A stretch of DNA of 64,000 nt from Oikopleura dioica (taxonomy: Eukaryota > Animalia > Chordata): assembly GCA_907165135.1 (NCBI GenBank), contig OU015568.1, forward strand, positions 4,960,001 through 5,024,000, written 5' to 3'. Positions 34,097 through 47,055 of the stretch are shown piece after piece (position 1 is the stretch's first letter; every line of letters starts with the position of its first letter). The notes under the pieces were generated by a model. It ran no database searches. It saw nothing but the letters and a program-made list of their open reading frames with translations, and was not told the origin of the DNA. Made by a program: the position numbers and the translations under genes.

Positions 34097-34916
34097 CAGG
34101 GCTGGCAAATTAGGGTCCTAACAGCCGCACTACCGAAAAATTGTTAGGGTTCTAACTCAAAATTAGTGCGAATTAGTGCGGCATCCCCGTCCTACCCGTC
34201 CTATTTTTTTCCTTGATATTTTTTCGTCTATTAGGACTGAATCGCCGCCCTAACCGTACTAATTATGAGGCTCTTTTTCATCATCCAATCGGCGCGCGCT
34301 TACCACCAGGCGCGGAGGGCAAATTGGTGGAAGATTGAAAAAAGAATGGAGCTGATTGGATGAGAAAAACGAATGACCCGCCATGATTGGCGCACCAATA
34401 AGCGCGCGCCTCTTTTAGACGATTTTAGTGCGGCTTTTTCCAACTCGTACTAATCGCACTAAAAAGTTATAAAATGAGAGTTAGGGTTCTAACAATAGGG
34501 TTCTAACTCAAATTAGTGCGGCTGGGTAGGCTTCACTTTGACAAGAGCTTCATTTCGACAGAGCTTCACTTGGACAAGAGCTTCACTTGGACAACTTTTG
34601 AAAAACGATTATTTATTAATAACGTGATTAATAATGACTAATTATGGCCAAATTTTAAGAATAATAGACACTATCAGATGTTTTCTTTGATCTAAAAGTA
34701 AACAAAGACAAATAAAATTTTATGTAAAAAACTTGTCAATTTTATGAAAACTGTTGCTTTCTTTTTGAGAATTATTTATCAAATTCATAAAAATGACCCT
34801 TTTAAAATGTTGTCAAAATGACGCTTTTGTCCAAGTGAAGCTCTGTCGAAATGAAGCTCTTGTCAAAGTGAAGCCTACCCTAGTGCGGCTGGCGGGACCC
34901 TAATTTGCCAGCCCTG
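34097..34916. mobile_element. Non-autonomous hAT-type element (MITE)
   Basis: 22-bp TIR CAGGGCTGGCAAATTAGGGTCC; 8-bp TSD GTCTGAAT (34089-34096 / 34917-34924); subterminal repeats AATTAGTGCG and GTTAGGGTTCTAAC. Confidence 0.9.
34524..34880. mobile_element. Mutator-like MITE nested inside the hAT element
   Basis: 54-bp TIR GGGTAGGCTTCACTTTGACAAGAGC...; 10-bp TSD TAGTGCGGCT (34514-34523 / 34881-34890). Confidence 0.88.
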
Positions 34917-35498
34917 GTCTGAATCATAAATATCGTCCAATGAGAGCACTAAAGAGCAAGTATTTCACCCCAAAACAACTGTTCAAAGGAGATATTTATC
35001 CTGATTTTTTCTGGCGCTGGTTATTTGACTACTGGTAACTTTTCCATCAATTTGGCAAAAGCAATCCCCGGTTTCCCTGTTTTTCCGTTGGACGATGTTT
35101 ACATCGGGTCCCTTATGGTCGCTTCTGGAATGCGCGAAAAAGCGCAAAGATCGAATGAGACCTGCAATGGAATTCTTGCGACAAATGCTGCCATCCAAAA
35201 GAATGATTTTTGTGCTCTACGTCAAGTACCAGTCGCGCACAAAGTTACCAACTATACAGCGCTACAATCGATGTTTCAAAAAGTTGTTTCTGTAAATTTG
35301 GACTGCGAAAAGAACAAAGAAGATTTTTTATTATTTGATGATCTTTAAAATTGTGCACTTTTTTTATTTACAATATAAAAAATAATAAATATGAATATCT
35401 GTTTGCGAAATATCGTCAAGTGGCAAGAGAAGAGAACAGCGAATTGAAAGATTCTATCAAAGCGACATGTACAGGCAAATACCGGAGCAAATTCATTT

Positions 35499-36853
35499 CT
35501 ATCCGTTTCCTAGGAGTTCTTGCAAGGGTATTCTTTCTTCGTATTTTAGGTCAACTGTGATGTTTTTGTAGAAAACTTCGTTGTTTCGCTCGATCAGCTC
35601 GTAGTTCAAGCTCTAGAAAGACAGATCAAATGATGAAGAAAGGGTTGCTTGTTACATTTAACCCGTCGAACTGGTTGTGTTTGTTCCAAGCTTTGAGGAG
35701 CTTGACTCGATTGGGGTTGGGTTTGTTCGACGTCTCGTGGTCGTGTTTGATCATTTTGTAGCGCGTGATTTGTGGTGATGGTCGAACGAGCTTGTATTTG
35801 GCACCACCGATTGTTCTTCTTTCCAAATCGTCGTCTTCTCCTCCCCAGCCCCAGTATTCATTGCTAGAATTCACAGTAAGGTCTTTAAGCATTGATTGTA
35901 AGAGTACCTGTATCCATTGATTTTCTCAAATGCTTCAGCAGTAAAAGCAGTAATTCCTCCGAAAATCGTGTTGTACGGCAGTTTGTAATTGAACTTATCA
36001 ATGTATCCGGAGTAATGTCTTGGTGTGTCGAGGCACTCGTAAATATTCTTGTCGTTTTCGGGGACAAGATCGACATCATGGAAGAAAAAGCAATCAAAGC
36101 CATCTAGAATAGGGTGAATGGAGGGTAAGAGGGGTGATTGGTACCGTCTTTTGCAACGTCAAATCCGATGTTGAGAAGTTTAGCGCGGTTGAAGGGGGAT
36201 CCATCATTGGCTTGGTTGACCAAGTAAACGGCGAAATGATTGTTTTGGCGATGGAGAATCGGGACGATGTAGTAGAGAAAATACTAGAAAATAGGTTCAT
36301 TTTCCTTCATAATTGTTATTTTCTTACATGAAATTGCTTGGTTCTGAACAAATCGGCCGTCATATCTCTGAAAGGAATGATGATAGCGATGTTTTTCTTC
36401 GGTGCAACTTCGCAATCTTTCGGCAAGTGTTCCCCATTTTCGAAATATTCTTGATTCTCGACCGCCATTTCTTTGTAACGCTCCTCGACTTTTGACATGT
36501 CAAAGTTGATCGCTAAAGCGCCCACTAAATCTTTGGGCGTGCAGATTTTTTCTTCAGTTTCTTCGGTTTCTTCTTTTATCCAACTTGGTTCAGCGGGTAT
36601 TTGGGGGACAGTATCGCTTTGGTAGCCATAAGCAGGAGCAACAATGGAGAGGGTGTACTGGCAGCTCGATGTATTCGCGACTTGGAGGTATAAAAGTCCT
36701 CCGAGAAGAAGCAATGTTCCTACAAATCAAGTTGAATATCATATTCCCTTGATATCGCGCCTTACCGAATATTAAATTTTTATAACTGCAGGAAAGAAAT
36801 TCATCATCTTCTGTCTTTCTACCACTTGTCTTCGGCAGCAACGCCTGTATCAT
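35499..36853 (-). CDS. GT7 beta-1,4-galactosyltransferase family protein, multi-exon
   Basis: IAIIIPFRD, FHDVD-like segment, YWGWGGEDDDL, YKMIKH; N-terminal TM. Confidence 0.85.
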
Positions 36854-38099
36854 CTGAAATTTATCTTTACTCTCTATTCGTTGTTCTTCTTTTAAATTTT
36901 CTCAAAAATCAATTTTTGAATCAAATTTCAAAATTTCTCATCTCTTAAATCTGTCCTTTTTTTCCTAAAAGAAGGAGTCAAGTCTCAGCTTTTCTACTTC
37001 AAAAATGACAAATAGCGGAGACAGAAGTACTAGTACCTCTTCACTTTCTTGAGCCATTCAATTTACAGTAATTTTTTTTTTCAAATCGATTTTTCTCTAG
37101 GAAAAAAGAATCATTTTCCATGCGGGAAAATTCGCATGCAAAAATTGTTTGACGTTGCCATTTAAATAAAATAATAAGGATTGAGTCATCCATTCAAACA
37201 TTCAAACATTGTCAATGTCAACTTTTTAACGCTTTCCTCGAATCGTCAAAATCTTTTCTTTCTTTTTACTTACAGCTGCTTGAAAAATAATTTTGCTCTT
37301 GTTTTTGAAAAATAAGTCATTGAGCCGAATAGTTTTATGATCTTCAAGGTAGTTTTATCGTTAAAAGTCATGAAATTCTGTCGGTTTTTATTGTTAACTT
37401 GACCATGGCAACGATTTTTTCGAAGAGAAATTTGCTAATTACAGTCAGGGCTGACGATTTGAATGTCATTTTTTATCAGAAAATGGCATAACTACCTACC
37501 TTCTCCCGTATTTCTTTATTTCTATTTTCATCCATGTTAAAAAAATGACGAAAAAATCGAAATTTTTTCTCTCGCCCTTTGAAAATGGGAAATGATCCTT
37601 CAAATATTTTTTCGCAGGTGCGACGGATACGAAAACAAGGAGCAAAAAAATGAAAAATTTCCGTTTACGAAAATTTTATTGCTGGATCAAAAATGCACGG
37701 CTTATCACATGCAGATCCGATTTCAATGATAAAGTGCTTCCCTGACAGTAATAAAAGCGGCGATTCCGATTAATGGAGGGACAAAAAAAGCGTGTGAAGC
37801 TCGTTTTCTCAAAAAATAAGGGTGACACTTCCTTAACTTTAAAAAAACTTGCTCTGGAATTTAAAATTATACCTGTTTCCTTTTTATCATTTTTTCCGAA
37901 ACTCAGAAAGATCGACTATCACAATCTCTATCTTTTTTCTATTTTTTTTCATCAAAGAAATTGATCCATTTATCTCTCGTGCATAAAAATGCAGCTTGAG
38001 ATGCAGCCCGTTGCGTAATTTTTTGATCAACTCACCGCTTCCTTGTCTTCATTTTCCTTCATTTCTCTTTTATTTTCCTTCAAAAGTGCGCTTTCCCGG

Positions 38100-40329
38100 C
38101 GTTGAGAAATAATTACGAATCTAGAAATAAAGCCATCGTAAAATCAATAAAAACATCCGAAGATGATGAGTTGACCCTGGTAAAAACTCTTCAAAAACCA
38201 TCAAAAGGATCAATTTTTTTCAACAAAAATTCTCTTTTTTGATCAAAATAAGGGATAATTATCTCGTCTCATAAACTGAAATAAAAATAAACTGTTGGCA
38301 AAAAGCTGACACAAAGTCTGAGAGTCAATCAGCCACTTACATTCACGCAATTACTGTTGATCCTCGCGCATTCCTCTATTAAAAACGAATCAATCTCTTT
38401 ATCTTATTCGAGGAATTATTTTTTCAAAATCTTGTTCTTTAAACTTTTTCTTGAAAAACTTCTTCAAAATTCAATTGCTGCTGCTAGTATTGATGCCAAA
38501 GATGATTGTCTTAGATGTCATAGAAAACTTGCGGCTGTTTATTCACAGGGTTATTGATATGAACAATAGGGACGAATTCTCTTTTCAGTAAAAAAAATGC
38601 TTGCGCGTTTTTTCTCTACTTTTTTGCTTCTTTGCCTTTTGTGGCGATCTTTTTGCGGACCGCGCGCAGCTCGTCCTGGTGCACTCCTAAAAAGAGATAA
38701 TAAAACAAATTCTATTGAAAAATAGGGACTGGCCTTGTTCACCCCTTATTTACTGCATGTGTTGCCTTGTTCATTTTTTGAGCCACGTAGCCTTAATTCA
38801 GAATGGCGCCTGAAAGTAAGGCTACGTGGCCCAAAGGATGAACAAGGGCAGGCATGCAGCAATCATGATGATGAACAAGGCCACTTCCTATTTTACCTGC
38901 TAGAGGAACGAGTCGAATCGGTCGCATATTTTCCTTCTCCACTTCTTTCCTGACTTTGTCTAAATGATCTTCATAACTCTTTCTTTCACAAATTTCCCTC
39001 ATGCAAGCACTGCCAAACCCCGCAAGTCTTGTTATTTGGTCTGTCGCAGCTTCTAGCTTCGAACTTGGCCGCTAGAATAGAAAATTGTAGAACTGAATAT
39101 TTACAGAATTGAATTTTACCTGAACACAATCAGAAAGATGCTGAGAGGCTGCAAGTGGCTCGCTGAGGCGTACAATATCGTTGCGATGAAGTGGCACTCG
39201 TCTCCTACAGCACGTTAGTTTTAAAAATGCAGTTGATTCAGAGCATTGCTTTCAATATTAACTAAGCCAGCTGGCCAACAACTTATCGAAATAAAAAGGA
39301 GCCTCAACACGTGAGCCCTTTTCATCTTCAATAACTCGAGGTTAAGAAAAAATAACAATTGAGGTTAATACAGTATTAATAATACTACCTAGCGCGGTAG
39401 ATTTCAAACTCAGAATCGGAGCCTTCTGAAATGTCGGATTCGTATTCGGTGGAGCACTGGTACCAGGACTTTTTCTTTTGGAGGATGGCGATTTGATTCG
39501 TTATCTGAACAAAAAATAAGGGTTTCACCACGAAAACATCGTCCAGATCATCAATGGTTTCCCTAAATCAATCCGAAAGCTTCTTACCGGAATGGGTTGA
39601 ATTGTGCATCGTTTAACAGGGTTGATAACTTGATGAATTCCAACGCCTTTTTTGTTTATTTTGAATTTGATTTCATGCATAAATCTTTATTCAGTTGAAT
39701 GCACTGATGATTTTTGCAGGGATAAATAAGCGATTCGATTTTCGATTCCAATAAAGAAAAAAATACAAAATGAATCAGTTTTCATTCTTTGCTGATGTTC
39801 GAAAGAGCGCTTCATAAGAGAATTCTCAAAAGAATATAATCCTCTTATATTTTGACATTTAAAATGTTGCGACAACAAAAAGTTTGCTGTTAGTGAAGGA
39901 TACCGCAAGAATAACAAAATGAACCGAGTTTTTATATGGAGTACTCCAGGATAACTTATCCTTACTAAGTCGCTTAAACTGAGAAAGTTATGAACATCTT
40001 CCTTTATTTTATATAAGAATAGATACAGTATCTACCGCGAATGCACCTGCATAATTTTGCGATTCTTTACTGTCAGATAAAATAAACGTTCCTGAATTCT
40101 GTTGAAGCATAATTCTTTTCCCCGACGTTGAAAAACTCTTCGACGACCCCGTCGAGCTCCCATATCCCGAAGAACCAGGACTGATATTCAAATTAAAATT
40201 GCTCATTTTGCTCCTCTCCTGAAGCAGGAGATTGTTTCCATTCTTGAGGCTTCTATTCGTCGACTTTGAAATGCTCTCTAGTGTTTTCGAAAAAAGCTGC
40301 GAGATGCTGCTGGTCCTGCGGTCTCTCAT
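38100..40329 (-). CDS. Unidentified multi-exon host gene(s)
   Basis: Exon-like fragments bounded by GT/AG; no family recognised. Confidence 0.3.
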
Positions 40330-40676
40330 CTCAGAATGCTCTCTCCGCGCTAGAATATTTTAGGAGAAAGGACGATGAATAAGAAATAAGCGAAACATGC
40401 GACATGTCCCAGAACTGGAGAGAAAATGAGCAAGGGTGCTTGTTTCATCAGCTGAGATCTAATAAAACCAGGAAATGTGAATATTGCAAAGAACACAATC
40501 CAAAAAATTAGAGTCAGCCGGGCTTGTTTTTTCGACCGAAAATGGATTTTTGAATTTTTTGTGTTTAAATGTTTTATTTCAATCAGGAACAGGGAAATTT
40601 TAAGGGCAGGCAGGACTTTATAGTGATTAAGTGCAGGAAAAAAAAAACGCTAGAATTGCAGATCTCTTTTTGGATT

Positions 40677-43421
40677 TCAGAGATTTGCCATCGTTTCGAA
40701 GATCCAGTCGACATAATAGGAGACCTTGGCGAAGACTCCTGGTGCATTCCGTCCAGCACATTCCTCGCCCCAGGAAACAACTCCATAAACAACTGGCTTT
40801 CCGTAAGCTTCACAGACTAGGGGTCCACCAGAATCACCGTAGCAAGGGCCTTTGCCAGGATCTGTCTTTCCGTCGTCGTCAAAATCGGGGGTTCCAGCGC
40901 AGAACTTTGAAATAATATGTTTTTTTTTTCTTTTTTAGGAAATAATAGATACCTGAGTCTCCCACTCTCCCGCTTGGAAATCGACCATTTTTGTCGCGTT
41001 ACAGTACTCGTTTGAAAAAGTATGAAGACCGACCTCATTCAAGAGGTTGGAAGGCTCGTTTCCAACGCCATATCCAGCAACTTTGCAGTAAGAACCGTCA
41101 GCTACGTGATCAGCAGGGAGGCAAGCTGGTGCGATCTTAGAAGCACATGTTTCTGGACCGTCAGCGCCGAGTTTGTTTTCTAGAGCCTGTTTGACGTTTG
41201 GGATCTTGAGGAGGCAGACGTCGTGAGGAATTCCCGGTTCAGTTCTTTTAAGGTTTTATAATACATAGTCTTTCATAAAACAAGGTAAAAGAAAACCTTG
41301 CCCATTGTAATCGTAATTCCAATGGTCATAACTATTGTGAATCTTGAAATCTTCAATATCAAGTGATAAATTGCAATCGCCTGAAGTGTCTGCTTCATTT
41401 GACATTCCAAGGTGTACTTGAGGATCACTCGATTCACCATAATTGTAGTAGCTGTAGTAGGCGTAATTGTCATCGTAGTAGAAACAGCAATGCGCAGCGC
41501 TCAGAACGTAATCACTAGAACCATCATCGAAGTTGGTGATCAATGTTCCTCCGCAGCTGAAGTCAAAGTTCACATAGTAAGGATGAGCTTCGATCGGAAC
41601 ATGTCTTCCTCCGATGATTCTTGCAAGAGGCTCGCTCTCAATCGGCTCTAAAGGCGTCTCACATGTCATGTTTTTCCAGGACGGCTCCTCAAAAGTCGCA
41701 TTTGGAAGAGGCCCAGGGAGTGTTCCTTCAAATGGTGGTGGATTCTGAATAAAATCCTCGATTTCACTTGCGTCGACCGAACTCAAAATCTGATCATCAA
41801 GTTCATAGCAAGAACCGCCATTATATTCGAGAACGCCAGTTAGAATAGGGTAGTCATCAATGAGACAAATCAGCGCTCCGCCTGCATCACCAAGACAAGC
41901 TTTTGCTTGATCATTTTCGTTGAGAGATCGAAGTTCGCCATCCAAAACGATGAGAGGAGCGTCGCGGAGAATTTTAGCTTGCTCTGGCCATTCATATCCA
42001 TAGTAGTAGTAATCAGTGAAGTTATTATAGCCGTAGTTATAATCAGCGTCTTTTTGTCCGCCGAATCCGGCAATGTAACAGCTAGTTCCGCTAAAAATGG
42101 TTGAAATAAGTGCTCTAGAAACACAAATAGAACTTACTCTTCCAGTTCTTCGTCAGACAAGCATGCGGGTTCAAAGCACGATCCCCCGGAGCACGATTGA
42201 GGCGCACTGTCGATCAAATTCGGAACTCTTACTATGCAGTGGTTTCCGTTGGGGAATTGTCCTTGTTTGTATTCAATAGGATTGATGATGAATTCATCGT
42301 CGTTTGGATATTCCAAATTATGAGCGCCAACGTGAATATCCCAATCACTCGGATGGAAGTAGCAGCACCACGAGTCTGTCAAAAGCCAGTCATCACTTCC
42401 GTCCTCGTTTTTGGTCAAAATTGTCAAGCCGCAGTTTTCATCCTCTGCTTTGCCAAATTTTTCGCTCCACGCGAACCAAGGATATCGTCCTTTTTTCGTC
42501 TCTTGGCCACCTGCGATCCTTGGAGAGATTCGCGGATCTGAACATGATTTCGTTTTTGGCATGGAAAGAGGCGGGAGTTGAAAGGTTTCTTCCCAGTCGA
42601 TTTTTTCTTTGTAGAGAGTGTGGAGCATGCATTTTGTGTAATCTTCGTTGTGGCTTTCCGAGGTGTCCTTGAATTCAAAAGATTAGAAGAATATCTGATA
42701 GACACTCACTGATAGACTCTAGGTATTTATAGATCCTTACCTCTGTCATAAAGTAATAACTGGCTTTTGTGACGCATTGTTCAACATCATCAAAACTGTG
42801 CGCATCTTCATCGAAGTTAACCTCCATCAGGAAAGAGTCACCTTTCTCGTCCTTCAGCTCTTTCTTTTGATATCGTCGAGAAAACTGAATAAGAGTGGCT
42901 TCTTTGTGCTCCATCCAATCCTTTTTCGGAGCTTGGTGTCCGATGAACTGATTTTCGTAGACGTCGAGCTGTCGATCGGAGAAGGAGACGTGCAAATCTT
43001 GCATATGAAGATGGTGTTTTGTAACGAAGGCCCCACAGTTGGACTTCTTGAAGCGAATCATTCCAGTGTAATCTTCCTCAGCTGGTGGCTGGACTTTTCC
43101 TTTGAAATCGACGGAGAAAAGAACGGAGCCATATTTACGATTGATGACCCTGGTTTTTGTTTTCGAAGCTTGCTTTTTGACTGGAATTTTAAAGGGTTCA
43201 ATGACGAAAAGATAAAAAAAAAACAAAAATTTGTCAAAAAATCTCAAATTCCGTTCCTTGAAATAAGAGCACTGATTCATGCACTTCACCGACGATCCGA
43301 AAACCGGTCCGTTTACCTTGTGACATCCTTTTCTCACTCTCGGTAAATCACAGCCAGGATATGAACTGGATGAGTTCTTAGTTGCCTCAGCGGCGAGTAC
43401 AACGGAAGAAAGTAACTTCAT
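40677..43421 (-). CDS. Secreted trypsin-family protein with two protease domains (first inactive, second catalytically intact)
   Basis: Domain 1: RIAGG, TDSWCC, GDAGGAL. Domain 2: RIIGG, SAAHC, GDSGGP, VVSWG. Confidence 0.85.
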
Positions 43422-44159
43422 CTTTCTTAGAGAAGCTCTCTGACTGCCTAATCCAGCCTGTCAACGTCGTATTTATGTGAATTATCGTTTTTACGACAAG
43501 AACTAGGATAATTAATCTTTGCGCGGTTCAAGCGGGTCATGAACGTCGATTTTGAAATTATGTTTTTATCCTTTTTCTTCAATAAAATCTGCTTTTATTT
43601 TATGTTGTGCACCTGAGAAACCGAAGAAACTGCCTGACTTGACATTTTTGTGCTGACTTTTTCGTAAGTTCATGGTCTTTTCCGGAAGGTCAGAACCACA
43701 ACCATAAGATTTATTAACAAAAAAGCCGGTGTATGCGATAAATGTGAATTGCTTTGTCGAAATATTCAAAACATTATTGCGAAATTAATGATATTGTAAT
43801 CGGGCAAGGGAGTTCTTAGTTTGCCGGTCTTTGACGATTTTAACTGTTTCCTTCCGCGGTTTCTGATACTTATCCTGCGGAAGATCGCTACCAAACCGCA
43901 GAGGTATGATAAAAAGAAAGTTTATAGAGCTAAAAAGCATCGATTTATTTTTGTGCGTGTCTTCTATTTTTTGAGAATCCTGTTGAAGACAACGAAGAGA
44001 TCGAGGAAAATTCTGATTCTTTTCTGATCAAAGGATCGACTCCAAAAGAATCTGCTTTTGTAAATTCATTGTTTGTCTTTTATTATATAAATCAAAGTTC
44101 ACAGAAAAAGAAGAATCAAGAATTGCACAAAATGTGAGGTCGTAGTCTGAGAGTCGTTT

Positions 44160-45035
44160 TCATACCATTCTGCCGCCCTGAAGAACTGAGATGACGATGT
44201 AGACGAACATTTCGCCTGGGTAGATGAGTTCGTGAATGATTGGTTCTCTTCGTTGGGTCAGGCCTTCAGGGACCATTCCAAATCTACAGAAAAAGGTAAG
44301 TAAATGAAATAGGGGGAGGATGAAACCTGAAAGCGAGGAAAGAATAAAGATATCCAACGACCATTCCAAAGAGCATGTGAGGCACTGGAGAGATAGGAGC
44401 GATCGAAAGAGGATAGTCGATGAAGGAGAAGAATGCGAGCCAGACGAGAGGAAGCTTCGTAGCGTTGAATCTCGTCAGGTCCAGACCAGCAACGACCGAG
44501 AACTTGTCCTAAAACGCGGGGTTGGTCATTTGAAAAGATCCCTTTGTTCCGAACCTGATAGTAGATCTGTGACCACGCGGTTATAATCGCCATTCTCACA
44601 ACATCTCCATAAAAACCAGCGACTTCGTTGAAAGAAGCAAAAGCATTCGCAGCGCCAAAGAAGAGAAAAATCATCGTCAGGAATTGGAACTTTCGCTGGA
44701 AGAAGAAATAGTTTTCCATGTAGTAAAAGTATCGTAGAAAATTCATGCCGACGATGATGTACCGGACGATGGCGCCAGGACGAGCCTGATGCATGCCGAA
44801 AAAGAGGTGGGCGGTCAGGTAGCGCCACCACTCGCCCGAGGCGATTTCTGTTTCGTCATAAATCAGACTGTTCTATAGAAAAACTGTAAGAGGGGAATGG
44901 CGACTCTTTCGACTGATTTACCGGTGAGACTTTTCCAAAGACAAAACCACACGTGACCAAAAAGGAGTAAGTAGCAGCTATTCTCGTTAAAAACGGAAAA
45001 CTCGTGTATTCATTTTGAACTCTGTAGCCATGCAT
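44160..45035 (-). CDS. Derlin-like (rhomboid pseudoprotease) membrane protein
   Basis: GEWWRYLTAHLFFG; FNATKLPLVWLAFF; GMVVGYLYSFL. Confidence 0.6.
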
Positions 45036-45173
45036 CTTCTACTATCTTCTCTCTTTTGTTTCACCAATTTCCAAGTCCGAATTCAAGCCGGAGCTAACGC
45101 CACGTGTCCTAAAACAAGAAAATTCATTAGGATGACGTAACACATTCTATTTTATTCCAGTTTTTTCAGGTTT

Positions 45174-45506
45174 TCAGAAATGAAGAATCTTTGTCTCAGT
45201 TGGCGGTGAATGGACGATATCTCGGACGATTTCGTTGACCATTCCTTTTTCATAATTTCCTTTTTCTTCCGATTTCAACTTCGTCATCGCTTCATAGCAT
45301 TTGTTGAGCTTTGAATCTCGCATTTCTTCAAGCTTTGTTTTGACAAGATCGAGGGCTTTTACGCGGCCAGCCATTTTCATAAATGTTTCATCAGAGGGGT
45401 TTTTGAGAGAGGCGTTTGTAGACTCAGGTGCGAGGTTGATATCAAGGAGGAGTTTCGCCAAGGCAGTGAATTTTTGAAAGTGGGAGGATTGAGGCTGATT
45501 TGCCAC
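45174..45506 (-). CDS. Small coiled-coil protein or exon, unknown
   Basis: ORF track. Confidence 0.35.
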   Translation of the reverse strand: MANQPQSSHFQKFTALAKLLLDINLAPESTNASLKNPSDETFMKMAGRVKALDLVKTKLEEMRDSKLNKCYEAMTKLKSEEKGNYEKGMVNEIVRDIVHSPPTETKILHF

Positions 45507-45810
45507 TAGATAGCCGAGGACTTCAACGTCTTGGAGTGACTACGACAAGGTTTTCATTAGTTCAAATGAATTATAATAATTATTAATAATAATTTATTAT
45601 TTTTTCAACAATGAATATTGATGATTAAAGAACTTTTAACTAAAGTCTCTAGCCGAGAAGTCACAAACTACAAGAAATTTCATACCTACATGAGGACTTC
45701 ATGATGAAGTTTACTTTCAGTGAGAGTCTCACTGTGAGACTGAGTTTTAACTCTGGTTTCTCAATAATATGAATCGTTTTCGATACCGTTTAAGCTCTCC
45801 CTAATAAAAA

Positions 45811-46545
45811 TTATGGGCCACAATTTATGGTCTTTTGAAAACCCATTTCCTTTGGATCGAAGAAATGTAGATTTTTGCATGCACTGACAGCAACAGCAGA
45901 ATGTGACATGATTTTCTTCCTGCTTTTCGAAGTCATGAAGGTTTTGATGCCGTGTTTAATCACCAATTCTTCGCCTATTTTCTCCATATCGATGATGAAA
46001 ACAGGCTCGAATTTCTTAGATTTGAAGCAGACGTATTTGATACTTTTTGCTTCAGCGATTTCGCCACTTGCTGATGGCTTGGAAACGGTTTTATTGTTGA
46101 TAAAAACAGCTTTGGTTACCTCAAAAGAGACAGAAAGCTGCGAGGAAGATTTCAACTTCACGAGCGTCGAGGTCAAATCCACTCGATTGTCGACAATTTC
46201 ATATTTTCCAAGGAAGAACTTTTTCTCCTTCCTTCCAATCGCTTTTGACCAACCCGCGATTTCTGGTGGAAAGTTGGTATTTCCCGGATCGGTAATCCAA
46301 TGAGCAGTTTTTGGAGCAGGAAGATCTTCAGCGTTCCGAACTTTTGTCAGAGTCTTCAAGTCGGTGATTTGGCTTTTCTTGAATCGCTGGGCTCTGATTG
46401 TGCGGCCAGATTCTGTCTTGACATCTTTCAGCTTGATTTCGTAGTCGTTCGTTTCTTTGTTTTTGTTAAAGTAGAGAACGGTGCCAGTGTGTTTGCCATT
46501 TCTAGTAGTGAGTTCTACCAGATCGTTTCGAGTTACATCGACCAT
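45811..46545 (-). CDS. Protein with Lsm/SH3-like N-terminus and degenerate 3'-5' exonuclease-like region (EXD1-like)
   Basis: beta-rich N-terminus (VELTTRNGKHTGTV...EIKLKDV); VFIIDM...IKTFMTSKSRKKIMSH. Confidence 0.4.
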   Translation of the reverse strand: MVDVTRNDLVELTTRNGKHTGTVLYFNKNKETNDYEIKLKDVKTESGRTIRAQRFKKSQITDLKTLTKVRNAEDLPAPKTAHWITDPGNTNFPPEIAGWSKAIGRKEKKFFLGKYEIVDNRVDLTSTLVKLKSSSQLSVSFEVTKAVFINNKTVSKPSASGEIAEAKSIKYVCFKSKKFEPVFIIDMEKIGEELVIKHGIKTFMTSKSRKKIMSHSAVAVSACKNLHFFDPKEMGFQKTINCGP

Positions 46546-46581
46546 TCTTACTAGGGAGAAGAAAATGAGAAGTTTTCCGAT

Positions 46582-46703
46582 CCTGGGCTCACATCATGCA
46601 AAGACACCTGAGTCAGGGTCCTCGGAGATCTTTAATTTGAGTTCTTTCAAGACCCTCACTCAAGTTTCTGCCTTTGGTTCCGCGAACTAGGCTGTGGGCC
46701 AAG
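46582..46703 (+). ncRNA. Structured hairpin family, copy A
   Basis: GGCTCACA/TGTGGGCC outer stem; CCTGAGTCAGGGTC/GACCCTCACTCA inner stem. Confidence 0.5.
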
Positions 46704-46778
46704 GTATTTGTGGTCTAAATAGCAGTTTCTATTGATGTATTTCTATTCTAGCAGAAGGAAGGAAGGAAAAAGCTCAAA

Positions 46779-46862
46779 GACCTAGCTTGAGAAAAAAGAT
46801 CAGCATTTTTGGACCCAGCTTTTTGTGGTTTCGCCAAAAAACTTCATACGCTCGAGAAGATC
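46779..46862 (-). promoter_or_regulatory. Candidate type II SECIS element in the SPS2 3' UTR
   Basis: Minus strand reads ATGAA-GTTTTTTGGC-GAAA-CCA/TGG mini-stem-CCAAAAATGC-TGAT, about 200 nt after the SPS2 stop. Confidence 0.7.
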
Positions 46863-47055
46863 AAAAAGCAAAGAAACAGATCAGGGATTGAAAGGTGCTC
46901 AATCTTTCAAAAACCGAGATCCACGAAAAGAAAGAAAGAAAAAGTAGAAAAATCTCAGGATGGAGGTTTGTTGAAGACAAAAAGGCAAAAAAGCAACTGA
47001 CTAGTACTAGTAGCGCGAAAAATTGGTATAAGAGGATTGAAACTATAAAATTGGA

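Larger units (their letters stand above)
32939..35348 (+). pseudogene. GT31 copy 2 disrupted by nested MITEs and a 2-nt deletion
   Basis: Same motifs as copy 1. An 820-bp insertion follows GCLN, and there is a frameshift at CCTGATTTTTTCTGG (~35001-35015). Confidence 0.85.
29459..36257. repeat. Tandem segmental duplication: unit 1 29459..32397, unit 2 32420..36257
   Basis: Collinear similarity from AATGCACTGAATTTGCC to GATTGTTTTGGCGATGGAGA in both units. Confidence 0.9.

Noticed and set aside
34105-34510. Telomeric TTAGGG repeats
   Set aside because: Isolated TTAGGG within MITE subterminal motifs, not tandem arrays.
45702-45742. Box C/D snoRNA (ATGATGA ... CTGA)
   Set aside because: Only about 40 nt between the boxes and no terminal stem.
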